DNA from: Candidatus Woesearchaeota archaeon
Lineage (GTDB): Archaea > Nanobdellota > Nanobdellia > SCGC-AAA011-G17 > ARS1403
Assembly: GCA_964367085.1 (NCBI GenBank)
Contig: CAYIWL010000002.1
Location: 1 to 42,027, forward strand
Reading direction: 5' to 3'
DNA length: 42,027 nucleotides
A program made the translations under genes and the position numbers. Positions 9,152 to 17,172 of the stretch are shown piece by piece. Positions within the stretch are counted from its first letter, which is position 1, and every line of letters starts with the position of its first letter. Below the pieces are notes generated by a model. The model was not told the origin of the DNA and did no database searches. It saw only the letters and a program-made list of their open reading frames with translations.

Positions 9152-9187
9152 TAAACTCACAGTTTATATATATAAACTTATAGTTTA
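9152..9187. promoter_or_regulatory. operator-like pair of inverted repeats TAAACT-N3-AGTTTA, spaced 21 bp, overlapping a TATA-like core
   Basis: TAAACTcacAGTTTA (9152-9166) and TAAACTtatAGTTTA (9173-9187). The central 18-bp perfect palindrome AGTTTATATATATAAACT is at 9161-9178. The site is immediately upstream of the wHTH-MNT start (9150). Confidence 0.45.
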
Positions 9188-9305
9188 TAAAGGTTTTGAT
9201 GCATTATATTAGGCATTTTTAGTATAGGTGAGTTGAGACTCTGTAGTGGATTTCCATAAATTTTTTTAGAAATCTTTTTAAAGACTTTATTCAAGCTATT
9301 GTAAA

Positions 9306-9563
9306 ATGAAAGCAAGAATTGCAAGTTTTAGAAGGAGCAGGAGAAGGCAGAATACTAGGCAGATAATTCTTAAAGTTGAAAACATAAACTCTAAGGAAAA
9401 AACAAAAGACTTGATCGGGAAAACAGTTATCTGGAAAAGCCCTGCTGGAAAAGAGATAAAAGGGAAGATTAGCAGCTACCATGGGAATTCCGGGAATGTA
9501 AGAGCGATATTAGAAAGAGGAGTTCCAGGACAGGCAATTGGCGAGGAAGTTGAGATAAAATAA
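9306..9563 (+). CDS. rpl35ae: 50S ribosomal protein L35Ae
   Basis: 85 aa. SFRRSRRRQNTRQIILKVENINSKE..LIGKTVIWKSPAGKEIKGKI..HGNSGNVRA..GVPGQAIGEEVEI matches the archaeal L35Ae pattern. Confidence 0.9.
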   Translation: MKARIASFRRSRRRQNTRQIILKVENINSKEKTKDLIGKTVIWKSPAGKEIKGKISSYHGNSGNVRAILERGVPGQAIGEEVEIK

Positions 9564-9564
9564 A

Positions 9565-9870
9565 ATGGTAAGATATACAAATCAGGATCTTTCAAGGAAA
9601 ATATTGCAATATTATGATCCAGCTATAAAAATCGGTAATGGTGAAATTTACCAGTATATTGCTGGATGGATTGACAATCAGCCTGAAGAAATTAATGTTT
9701 ATGATAAGGTGATGATTTTTAGAAAACCCTTGATTAGTGTTGATGGCAAGGTAATGAAAACTCAAAGGCTTCGGCTTATCCTTTTTCGCGCAACTCATCC
9801 AACTGGGTTATATGGAGTTAAATCTGGTAAAGCAGATAACTCTGGCTTGGAAAATAAATTAACGACGTGA
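9565..9870 (+). CDS. hypothetical protein embedded between ribosomal protein genes
   Basis: 101-aa ORF. Its ATG lies 1 nt after the L35Ae stop and it ends 4 nt before L10e. No family recognised. Confidence 0.5.
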   Translation: MVRYTNQDLSRKILQYYDPAIKIGNGEIYQYIAGWIDNQPEEINVYDKVMIFRKPLISVDGKVMKTQRLRLILFRATHPTGLYGVKSGKADNSGLENKLTT

Positions 9871-9874
9871 AAAA

Positions 9875-10402
9875 ATGGCAACACTAAGAAAATTCAAATG
9901 CTACAGAAATGTTACGAGAGCTTACACTAGAAAGAGCAAATACAAGCCAAAAGCTTATGTCAAGGCAATTCCTAATTCTAGACTGGTTAGATATCACATG
10001 GGAGATGGTCGCAAGCGGTTTACTCATAAAATTGATCTTGTTACTAAAGAAAGAGTGCAAGTAAGAGATAATGCTTTAGAGAGTGCAAGGCAAGTCAGCA
10101 ACAGAAGATTAGAAAATGCGCTTGGAAGAAATGGATATTATTTCAGAATAATGGTATATCCTCATCATGCTTTACGCGAGAATAAAATGTTAGTGGGAGC
10201 AGGAGCGGATAGAATGCAAACAGGAATGCAGCAGGCATTTGGTAAAGTTATTGGAATAGCTGCACAGCTTAGGAAAAATCAAAGTATTTTTACTGTCTAT
10301 GTAAACCAAAGTGGAATAGAGGCTGCTAAAGATGCTTTGAAACATGCGAATCACAGGCTTCCTTTCAAGTCCTTAATTGTGATAAACGAGATAAAACAGT
10401 AG
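9875..10402 (+). CDS. rpl10e: 50S ribosomal protein L10e (uL16)
   Basis: KCYRNVTRAYTRKS.., YFRIMVYPHHALRENKMLVGAGADRMQTGMQQAFGK; archaeal/eukaryotic L10e signature. Confidence 0.9.
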   Translation: MATLRKFKCYRNVTRAYTRKSKYKPKAYVKAIPNSRLVRYHMGDGRKRFTHKIDLVTKERVQVRDNALESARQVSNRRLENALGRNGYYFRIMVYPHHALRENKMLVGAGADRMQTGMQQAFGKVIGIAAQLRKNQSIFTVYVNQSGIEAAKDALKHANHRLPFKSLIVINEIKQ

Positions 10403-10490
10403 CATATTTTATTTGTTGTTCTTTGTGAGTAGTTATGATAGAAAGGTTTAAAAACTGAAAATCCGGAGGTAAACTTTGAGGTTTTAAAAA

Positions 10491-10859
10491 ATGAACTGTG
10501 AATGTGAACAATTATCGGATTTAAGAGAAAAAAGCGACGATTTAAGAGACTTGGGGGAAAAAGTTAGAGAATATGCAGAAATAGATCCAACCGAGCCTTT
10601 TTTAAGAAACGCTCTTGCTCAGAGAGTTCAAGTATACATAGATGGTGCTGAGGATTATACTAGTTCATTTATTAAGGCTTGCAGTGACGGAAGAATATAT
10701 TCAAGGATTAAGGGCTTAAGGTTGAATTCGGATATGACTCATTTGGCTGCAGTCTCACAGAATATGTTCCAAAAAGAGCTATATCCTATTACATATCATT
10801 GCGCTCAATGTGACGAAGAATTGCTAGGCGAATTAGATGAAGTTCAAAATCCAGAATAA
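10491..10859 (+). CDS. hypothetical acidic Cys-containing protein
   Basis: 122-aa ORF with an N-terminal CxC (MNCECE) and a C-terminal CxxC (HCAQCDEE). No family recognised. Confidence 0.4.
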   Translation: MNCECEQLSDLREKSDDLRDLGEKVREYAEIDPTEPFLRNALAQRVQVYIDGAEDYTSSFIKACSDGRIYSRIKGLRLNSDMTHLAAVSQNMFQKELYPITYHCAQCDEELLGELDEVQNPE

Positions 10860-10882
10860 ATTCTATTCGCTAAAACTTAGAA

Positions 10883-11095
10883 GTGATGGAAGATTATATA
10901 AAGCAAGCTTGTAATCTCGATTATATGGAAAATACTAAACTCATTTTAGATAAGCTCGACAGCATTAAAGAAGAGTTGGATTATATCAAAAGTCATGTAG
11001 TAGATCTTGACGTGGTACTTACAAGAGATGATTTAGAAGCATTGAAAGAAGCTGAGGAAGACTTTAAGAGGGGAAAAACAAAGAGGCTGGCTTGA
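10883..11095 (+). CDS. putative antitoxin of the downstream RelE/ParE-like gene
   Basis: Small helical protein ending ..LTRDDLEALKEAEEDFKRGKTKRL, typical of archaeal RelE-partner antitoxins. Its stop abuts the toxin start. The ATG at 10886 is the likely true start. Confidence 0.5.
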   Translation: MMEDYIKQACNLDYMENTKLILDKLDSIKEELDYIKSHVVDLDVVLTRDDLEALKEAEEDFKRGKTKRLA

Positions 11096-11360
11096 GTGTA
11101 TTCTGTTCATGCATCTGAACGTGCAAAGAAGTTTCTTGATAAATTAGACGAGCATTTGCGGTTAAGAATAGAGGGAAAAACTCAAAAATTTAAGTAAAAA
11201 TCCTGTACCAAGTGATTCAAAATTTATTGGTAGAGATGAAAATGGAGAGAAAATATTTCGGTATCGTATAGGAGACTACCGAGCATTGTATAAAATAAAT
11301 GAACATGAGGATGTAATTCTTATATCAAAAATTGATAAGCGACCAAAAGTCTATGATTAG
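11096..11360 (+). pseudogene. RelE/ParE-family toxin interrupted by a +1 frameshift
   Basis: The GTG-started frame gives VYSVHASERAKKFLDKLDEHLRLRIEG.. with a stop at 11195-11197. The next frame, from ~11175, reads EKLKNLSKNPVPSDSKFIGRDENGEKIFRYRIGDYRALYKINEHEDVILISKIDKRPKVYD*. Joined, the two give a full-length RelE-like protein. The shift maps to the GGG/AAAAA run at 11173-11179. Confidence 0.7.
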
Positions 11361-11394
11361 AAAGTACGATGCTTAAAATTCTAGTCTTTAGATC

Positions 11395-11661
11395 TCACCT
11401 AATCTTCATTCTAAGCTTTCTTAACTCATTGTCATATTCTTTTGAGCCTTCTATTAATCCATCTACTTTCAGTTTCTCTCTTAATATCTTCCAGACATAA
11501 GGCAACTTTATTCCTTTTTCTCCGCCATGTCTGATAGCTACGGTTCCAATTACATATCCCTTGTAAACTGCTTTATAATCTCTATGAGCTTTCACCAAAG
11601 TTATTCTCAAATCTGTGAGAAATGCTAGTGTTTCGTTGAGCTTCATTAACGGAGCTGGCAT
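11395..11661 (-). CDS. hypothetical protein
   Basis: 88-aa ORF convergent with the RelE locus. Only a weak HicA-like feel (AIRHGGEKGIKLPYVWKILRE), so not called. Confidence 0.4.
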   Translation of the reverse strand: MPAPLMKLNETLAFLTDLRITLVKAHRDYKAVYKGYVIGTVAIRHGGEKGIKLPYVWKILREKLKVDGLIEGSKEYDNELRKLRMKIR

Positions 11662-11751
11662 AAAATCATTATAGTTGAGTTATATTTATAATTATCCATG
11701 CCACGAGCTGTTTCAGAAAAGAATATTAATAAGAAACTTATCTCTTAGGCA

Positions 11752-13107
11752 ATGGAAAACGTTATTTGGCTTAAGGATCTTAATAAAAACGATGTGGAAA
11801 TATCCGGGGTGAAGGGAGCTTATCTTGCAGACCTCTATAATAAGAATTTTCCGGTTCCTAATGGTTTTGTTGTTTCTACTGACGCATTTAAAGAGTTCAT
11901 GGAGTCGAATAATATCTCTAGCGAGGTTAAAAAGATTTTGAAAAACCTTAACTTCGAAAACATTGATGAAGTTGGAAGAGCGTCTGAAAAAATTAAAAAC
12001 CTTATAATGAGAGAGAATATTTCTAAATTACTTGAATCTGAGATCTTTGAAGCTTATGAAAATTTGAATGTGAATGAAGATGTTTTAAGAGCGAGCAGCA
12101 ATGTCCTTAGCCTTATTAAGAGCGGAAGGAGCAATGCAATTGTTTCTGTTAGATCTAGCAGTGTTTTTGATCTGCCCGGAGCATGCAGTAATTTCCTAGG
12201 CATTCTTGGAAGTAAGAATTTGATAAACTCAGTAAAGGAATGTTGGAGCAGCCTTTACAGCGTCGGTAATATCCTGAACATGAAAAAAAATAATACTGAT
12301 AATTCTCTTGCTGTTCTTGTCCAGAAACTTGTTGATACAAATAAAAGCGGGATTGTTTTGAGCTCTAATCCTATGAACAGAGAAAATGAGATGATAATTG
12401 AAGCTGCTTTCGGCCTTGGTCAGCTGATAACGAGAGGAGAGATTAGCCCGGATATCTATTTAATCGACAGCAACTTGAGAGTTAAAGGAGAGCTGATTGC
12501 CAAGAAAAAATTAAAATTGATTAGAGATTTGAATACTAACGAGATTGTAAGAAAAAAATTAATTGAAGAGCGTGAGAAAAGAGTTTTGCAGGCCTGGGAG
12601 ATTGAAGATATTTCCAGACTAACTCAGAAGATTGAAAGAGTTTATGACAAACCTGTAATTATTGAATTCGGGATTGGAAAAAAGATAGAAGTTTTTCATG
12701 TAAGGCTTTTTGATTTCCAGGAGATAATTGACAAGGATAATTTAAACGGAGAGATTTTAGTTCGTGGGGTTGGCGGAAGCCCTAAGATAAATAGCGGGGT
12801 TGTTTCAAATTCTGAAATTATTGTTTGCGAAACTGCTGATCCTAGGCTAGTTGGAATGATTGACAAAGTAAAAGGCGTTGTTGTAAATGAAGGAAGCTTA
12901 GGAAGCTGTTTAGGGATCTTGTGCAGGCAGCTAGGAGTCCCTTTTGTCATTGCTGAAAATTCCACTGCTCTGCTTAATAGAGGACTGATTGTTACTGTTG
13001 ATGGTGTTGGCGGGAAAGTTTACAAAGGAGAAGTGAAAGAAAGAGAAGAGAAAATAAAAATTAAAGATGAAAGTAAAAGTTATGGGTTTGAAGTGCTGGA
13101 TTTGTGA
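11752..13107 (+). CDS. PEP-utilising enzyme-like two-domain protein (PPDK_N ATP-grasp plus swivel domain) lacking the catalytic His
   Basis: N-terminus VKGAYLADLYNKNFPVPNGFVVSTDAFKEF (cf. GGKGANL..G.PVP.GF). The C-terminal swivel motif reads EGSLGSCLGILCRQLGVPFV where GG.T.HAA..AR..G.P is expected. The Cys codon at 12907-12909 occupies the phospho-His position. There is no PEP/pyruvate TIM-barrel domain. Confidence 0.7.
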   Translation: MENVIWLKDLNKNDVEISGVKGAYLADLYNKNFPVPNGFVVSTDAFKEFMESNNISSEVKKILKNLNFENIDEVGRASEKIKNLIMRENISKLLESEIFEAYENLNVNEDVLRASSNVLSLIKSGRSNAIVSVRSSSVFDLPGACSNFLGILGSKNLINSVKECWSSLYSVGNILNMKKNNTDNSLAVLVQKLVDTNKSGIVLSSNPMNRENEMIIEAAFGLGQLITRGEISPDIYLIDSNLRVKGELIAKKKLKLIRDLNTNEIVRKKLIEEREKRVLQAWEIEDISRLTQKIERVYDKPVIIEFGIGKKIEVFHVRLFDFQEIIDKDNLNGEILVRGVGGSPKINSGVVSNSEIIVCETADPRLVGMIDKVKGVVVNEGSLGSCLGILCRQLGVPFVIAENSTALLNRGLIVTVDGVGGKVYKGEVKEREEKIKIKDESKSYGFEVLDL

Positions 13108-13147
13108 AAACGAAATGCTTATATACACACTATAGATATATAATTAT

Positions 13148-13351
13148 ATGACAACAACAATTCAAGTGCAGGATACAACTTTAGAACTCCTAAAGAAATT
13201 GAAGAATGAAACTAAATCTAATTCGTATGATGAAGCAATAAAAAAGATAACTATATCCAGAGCAAAAAATGAATCTTTATACGGATTTTTAGGCAAGAAA
13301 TCAAGAAAGTGGATATTGAAAGATTTGAGAGACAAAAATGACCGATTCTAA
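13148..13351 (+). CDS. vapB: VapB-like antitoxin
   Basis: 67 aa, TIQVQDTTLELLKKLKNETKSNSYDEAIKKI. Overlaps the PIN gene by 14 nt. Confidence 0.6.
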   Translation: MTTTIQVQDTTLELLKKLKNETKSNSYDEAIKKITISRAKNESLYGFLGKKSRKWILKDLRDKNDRF

Positions 13352-13715
13352 GTTTCTTGATTCTTCTGCATGGCTTTCCTACTTCTATGCTGAGAATATT
13401 AAGATTAAAACCGTTGTAGAATCCGATGATTTTTTATTGAGCTCTGCACTTTCTATTTTTGAGATTAAGCTGAAAATGTTAAAAGATAAAAGGCAGCTTT
13501 CCGAAATTCAGCAGTCTCTGGACTTTCTTAAGAAGAGAAGCTTAGTACTTTCTGTATCTGAAGATGTGGCCCTAAATGCCGTAGAAATCTCCTTTAAGCA
13601 TTCTCTCCATGCAATTGATGCCTTGATCTATGCGTCTGCAATTAAGAAAAATGCGACTTTAATAACCCTAGATAATGATTTTAGAAGATTAGATAATGTA
13701 GTTATCTTAAATTGA
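13338..13715 (+). CDS. vapC: PIN-domain toxin VapC
   Basis: FLDSSAW.., ..FEIK.., AIDALIYASA, LITLDNDF: the four conserved acidic positions of a PIN domain. Confidence 0.8.
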   Translation: MTDSKFLDSSAWLSYFYAENIKIKTVVESDDFLLSSALSIFEIKLKMLKDKRQLSEIQQSLDFLKKRSLVLSVSEDVALNAVEISFKHSLHAIDALIYASAIKKNATLITLDNDFRRLDNVVILN

Positions 13716-13873
13716 TATATTCTATATTTAGACGGTCAAAAAAGGAGGTTTAGGTATTTGTAAATCAGACTCTAGGAAAAATATAGCCAATGACATATAT
13801 TTCTGGGTTACACTCGCACTTAATCTTTAGTTAAGCTTAAATTCATTATTTTTTATATTTTTTGAAAAGTAAA

Positions 13874-14345
13874 ATGATTAGCACTTCGCAAATTAGGATT
13901 ACGAGAAAAATATCAACTTCAGTTTCTGATGGCTTTAAGGGAGTTGGTTCTATTAGGTATGGTGTAAATGTTCCAAGGAGAAGAGATTCAGGATTTGGAT
14001 TATTAGTAGCTAGGATAGTTGATGATGAGTCTAGATGGCTGTTGCCAAAAATCGGGGAGTTAAAGATAGGGGATATCTTTGCTAGTATGATACATTTTTG
14101 TCCGAATAGTTATCCTTCTTATCCTGATCATCCAAAAAAGAATGACGAAAAAAAGAGGGGGAAAGGGGTCCGGCTCTGCTTTGCTTGAAGAGATGATATT
14201 TGATGCAAAAAATGAATTTAATGCAGCTGCAATAGTTGGAATTGGGGCTTCTTACTCGATGTCTAGATTTTTTGAGAAAAAAGGTTTTACAACGGTTTAT
14301 AGAGGAGAGCCGGACAGCCTTGGAACTTATTATAAACTTTTGTAA
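13874..14345 (+). pseudogene. GNAT-family acetyltransferase split by a frameshift in a G-run
   Basis: The upstream frame ends ..HPKKNDEKKRGKGVRLCFA*. The downstream frame reads KRGGKGSGSALLEEMIFDAKNEF..RFFEKKGFT (GNAT motif A plus C-terminus). Removing one G from G5 (14157-14161) or G4 (14165-14168) gives KRGKGSGSALLEE in a single ORF. Confidence 0.45.
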
Positions 14346-14396
14346 ATGATGCCTTGCTGTTTTTTTGCCAATCTCATAGAGAATAATATTTAATAG

Positions 14397-14729
14397 TTAA
14401 CTTTTCTCAATCACTAGTCTATCGGCATCTGGATGGATGTATGCTTCCTCTCCTTCTTTTAAATTGAGAAACTCTGCTATCCTTTTCGGAATCCTTACGG
14501 CTAAGCTGTTTCCTGTTTTTGCTATCTTTGTTTTTAGGCCTAAGCCCCAAATCCCTTTTTTCTTGGCAACGTTTTCAATCATTCTTGTTGTTTCTTCGTC
14601 AGTAAATGATTCATTACAAACATCACAAACATCTGCAGGAAATTTTCCTAGATAAACCCCAAACATTCTTTCATCTATTTCTTTTTTTCTTAAATTACCC
14701 TTATTGCACAATGGACATTTCATCTGCAT
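14397..14729 (-). CDS. Zn-ribbon (MqsA/YgiT-like) plus AbrB/SpoVT-domain fusion, antitoxin-like
   Basis: CPLCNKG..CDVCNES four-Cys ribbon, then TGNSLAVRIPKRIAEFLNLKEGEE (AbrB/MazE-type swapped hairpin). Paralogue of 14791-15147. Confidence 0.7.
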   Translation of the reverse strand: MQMKCPLCNKGNLRKKEIDERMFGVYLGKFPADVCDVCNESFTDEETTRMIENVAKKKGIWGLGLKTKIAKTGNSLAVRIPKRIAEFLNLKEGEEAYIHPDADRLVIEKS

Positions 14730-14790
14730 ATTACCACCTTAATTTTACAGTTATCACATAGCATACATCATCCATTTTTTACTTTGAAAT

Positions 14791-15147
14791 TTAATACTCA
14801 ATTGTTAATTTTCTTTCTCCTTCTTTATACACATATCCTTTACTTATTTTGTCTAGTCCTAATAATTGAGCGAACTTAGTTGGAAATCTTAAAGTTACAG
14901 TGTTCCCAGTTTTCCAAAACTTTATCTCTTTCCTTCCAATCCCCCACAATCCAGCTTCCTGTAGCTTCTGTTCAACAATCTGCATGCTCCAACTAGGCAG
15001 ATATTGGTCTCCGCACTTATCACATATCTCCACATCCAAAACCCCACAATCGATTTCATCTTGTATTACCTTCTCCTTTTCCCATCTAATTTTTCCTCCA
15101 CAAGGGCATGGAAACCTCATCTTCTTGATTTTTTCAATATCTTTCAT
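14791..15147 (-). CDS. Zn-ribbon plus AbrB/SpoVT-domain fusion, antitoxin-like
   Basis: CPCGG..CDKCGDQ ribbon, then TGNTVTLRFPTKFAQLLGL. Its start lies 1 nt after the stop of the DUF4258-like gene. Confidence 0.7.
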   Translation of the reverse strand: MKDIEKIKKMRFPCPCGGKIRWEKEKVIQDEIDCGVLDVEICDKCGDQYLPSWSMQIVEQKLQEAGLWGIGRKEIKFWKTGNTVTLRFPTKFAQLLGLDKISKGYVYKEGERKLTIEY

Positions 15148-15148
15148 T

Positions 15149-15409
15149 TCAAACCTCCATGACAGTTATTGGATAAATCTTTCTTATATCTTCTAATTGG
15201 AACTGCCTATAAACCACTTTAAACCATCTATATTCAGCAATAAAAGATCCGTCTTTTCTTAGCCTTTTAGCACCTTTTTGGACAGCTTCTTTGATTTGAC
15301 TTTCAAAAATTCCTCTTAATTGCATCCTATCAATAACATGTTCTACTCTCCTAATAGAATCTTTCCATTCCTTAATACCCTTATATTTTACGTTAACCTC
15401 AATTTCCAT
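15149..15409 (-). CDS. DUF4258-like putative toxin
   Basis: 86 aa. HVIDRMQLRGIFESQIKEAVQKG.. and ..IYPITVMEV resemble the DUF4258 pattern (HA..RM..RGI....V). First gene of a two- or three-gene unit. Confidence 0.55.
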   Translation of the reverse strand: MEIEVNVKYKGIKEWKDSIRRVEHVIDRMQLRGIFESQIKEAVQKGAKRLRKDGSFIAEYRWFKVVYRQFQLEDIRKIYPITVMEV

Positions 15410-15411
15410 AG

Positions 15412-15441
15412 AAGTATATAAAAGTATATAAAAGTATATAA
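15412..15441 (-). promoter_or_regulatory. three perfect tandem 10-bp units, each carrying a TATA-box-like TTTATATA
   Basis: AAGTATATAA x3 on the + strand; TTTATATACT x3 on the coding (-) strand. The repeats end 3 nt before the ATG at 15409. The distal box sits at about -33 to -26, which would give a leaderless mRNA. Confidence 0.55.
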
Positions 15442-15595
15442 ATCTTGCTACGGCTAGAATCGTGCAAGAGGGTAGTATGTAGAAGAAATTATCATAGTAA
15501 ATATGTAACTACTTTAAAGTAATATAATATAGAAAGCTTTATATACTAGCGCTTTTCTCTTTTTAGTATAAAATTAAGAAAATAGAGGTAAATAA

Positions 15596-16282
15596 ATGGC
15601 AGAAGAAAAACAAAATCAGGAACCAACATTAGAAAGCATAGTCGGAGAAATGAGGAATATATCTGGATTATCTTATGTTTTAAACAGTTATGACCTTGCT
15701 AAAGATCCAAGTGAGCAAGCTGGTCTATTAGACGTAGCTACGCGCATATTAAGCAATGAACAACCAGGAACTTCTACTTACGAACAAACATTAGGACAGC
15801 TAGAAGGAGACAGGGGTAGTGCTTATCTGAAATTAGAAGGCTCCAGGTCTGCTAGATTAAAGGGGATTGAAGCCGGATACAAGGCAAACAAAGATAAAAT
15901 CCTTGAAGCGATAGTTGAAAAATTCAATAAAGATTTGCAAGGTGCTAAAGACGTTAACGATGCCATAGCAAAAATCTCATATGCACTTCAGCAATTATTT
16001 GTGATTCCTGAAGTTTCTCAAGACGAGGCAAATCGGTATGCTGCTGACTCTTTAAGAAAAACAACTAAGATGCCTATACTTACAAAACCAGTTTATGGAA
16101 ATCCTGAAGAGATTAGGGATTTGAGATATAGACTAATTGCAAGTGAGTTCATCCAAGAAGAGAAAGGCAAAGATGAAAAGCCTTCATACAGTGTGAATAG
16201 AGAAAAACTGGCTAAATTAGTTGAGAACCCTGTAGCAGGATCAATACTGTATACAGCTGAAAAGCCAAAAGAGCAGAAATAA
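15596..16282 (+). CDS. hypothetical protein
   Basis: 228-aa ORF with a GAGGT Shine-Dalgarno-like motif 7 nt upstream. An oligo-T tract follows the stop (16283-16302). Confidence 0.5.
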   Translation: MAEEKQNQEPTLESIVGEMRNISGLSYVLNSYDLAKDPSEQAGLLDVATRILSNEQPGTSTYEQTLGQLEGDRGSAYLKLEGSRSARLKGIEAGYKANKDKILEAIVEKFNKDLQGAKDVNDAIAKISYALQQLFVIPEVSQDEANRYAADSLRKTTKMPILTKPVYGNPEEIRDLRYRLIASEFIQEEKGKDEKPSYSVNREKLAKLVENPVAGSILYTAEKPKEQK

Positions 16283-16302
16283 GTCTGCTTCTTTTTTTAT
16301 TT

Positions 16303-17106
16303 TCACTCAAATCTCTTAACCTGCTTCTTCATCTCAGCTACGAAGTCTTCTGCTTTTTCTCTTAGATCATCAATCTGCTTTCCATGCAATGATTTTACAT
16401 TTCCATGAGTTATGTTATGCGCCACCATATACATCTCCCTAAAGTAAGCAGGATATTTTGAATTTAATTTTGGCAGGACTTTTTTTAACATGTCATAAAC
16501 ATGTTCAGGAGATGGGGGAGAATGGCCTGCTGCCATTAAAGCTGCATGTGCTGCATCAACCATTGCCCAATATAATCCTTCTACAGCTCCAAGTATTGCA
16601 AATCTTGATCTTGATAAGTGCATAGGGGCTCTTTGAAGTGAAATATAAACTGCTTCTGGCGTCGGCCTGATTTTTCCTCGTCGCAAAAGAACTTTTAATG
16701 GAGAGAATAATCCGCCATAGTCAACTAAAGGCTCTCCGTATCTTAAAACATTTATTGCAACTGGATCTCCTTCTTTTATTTCCTTCCAGAAAGTTGAGAG
16801 CGTTACAGTATTGATATGCAAATCTTTCTTGTAACTTTGCTGAGAAATTAAAATTGAAAGCTCTTCTCTATACCATGCAATTAATTCTTCATCCCAGAGG
16901 ACAGTGCAATCATCTACAATAATTATTATATCGATGTCTGACTTTTTTGTTGCTGTCTGCTTTGCTGCTGATCCGAATAATGCTATTGATTTTATAACGT
17001 TTTGAAACTTTTTATAAGCTTTAATTGCAAAATCATAAGCAATTTCTTGGTCCGTTTCAAGAATTTTTTTCCTTACTTCACTCTTCTCAGGCTTTTTTGG
17101 CGGCAA
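16303..17106 (-). CDS. nucleotidyltransferase fused to a HEPN-like helical domain
   Basis: LFGSAAKQTATKKSDIDIIIIVDD (GS..DxD), then PTPEAVYISLQRAPMHL..LYWAMVDAAHAALMAAGHSPPSPEH. Same architecture as the C-terminal two-thirds of 3037-4812. Confidence 0.7.
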   Translation of the reverse strand: MPPKKPEKSEVRKKILETDQEIAYDFAIKAYKKFQNVIKSIALFGSAAKQTATKKSDIDIIIIVDDCTVLWDEELIAWYREELSILISQQSYKKDLHINTVTLSTFWKEIKEGDPVAINVLRYGEPLVDYGGLFSPLKVLLRRGKIRPTPEAVYISLQRAPMHLSRSRFAILGAVEGLYWAMVDAAHAALMAAGHSPPSPEHVYDMLKKVLPKLNSKYPAYFREMYMVAHNITHGNVKSLHGKQIDDLREKAEDFVAEMKKQVKRFE

Positions 17107-17172
17107 ATTTTCACCTCATTTTTTATTTTAAATTATTTGTATTATATGATATATATTAAAGTTTGGTTTGGA

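Noticed and set aside
10435-10458. Possible C/D-box sRNA (ATGATAG ... CTGA) in the L10e downstream spacer.
   Set aside because: The C box is imperfect (ATGATAG, not RTGATGA). There is no second C'/D pair and no terminal stem.
11395-11661. HicA-like toxin assignment for the 88-aa ORF.
   Set aside because: There is only a vague resemblance (..IRHGGEKGIKLPYVWKIL..) and no adjacent HicB-like partner, so it is left as hypothetical.
15412-15441. Possible CRISPR array or other repeat locus.
   Set aside because: There are only three contiguous 10-bp units with no spacers. No cas genes or longer repeat-spacer periodicity appear anywhere in the window. A TATA-box repeat is the better interpretation.
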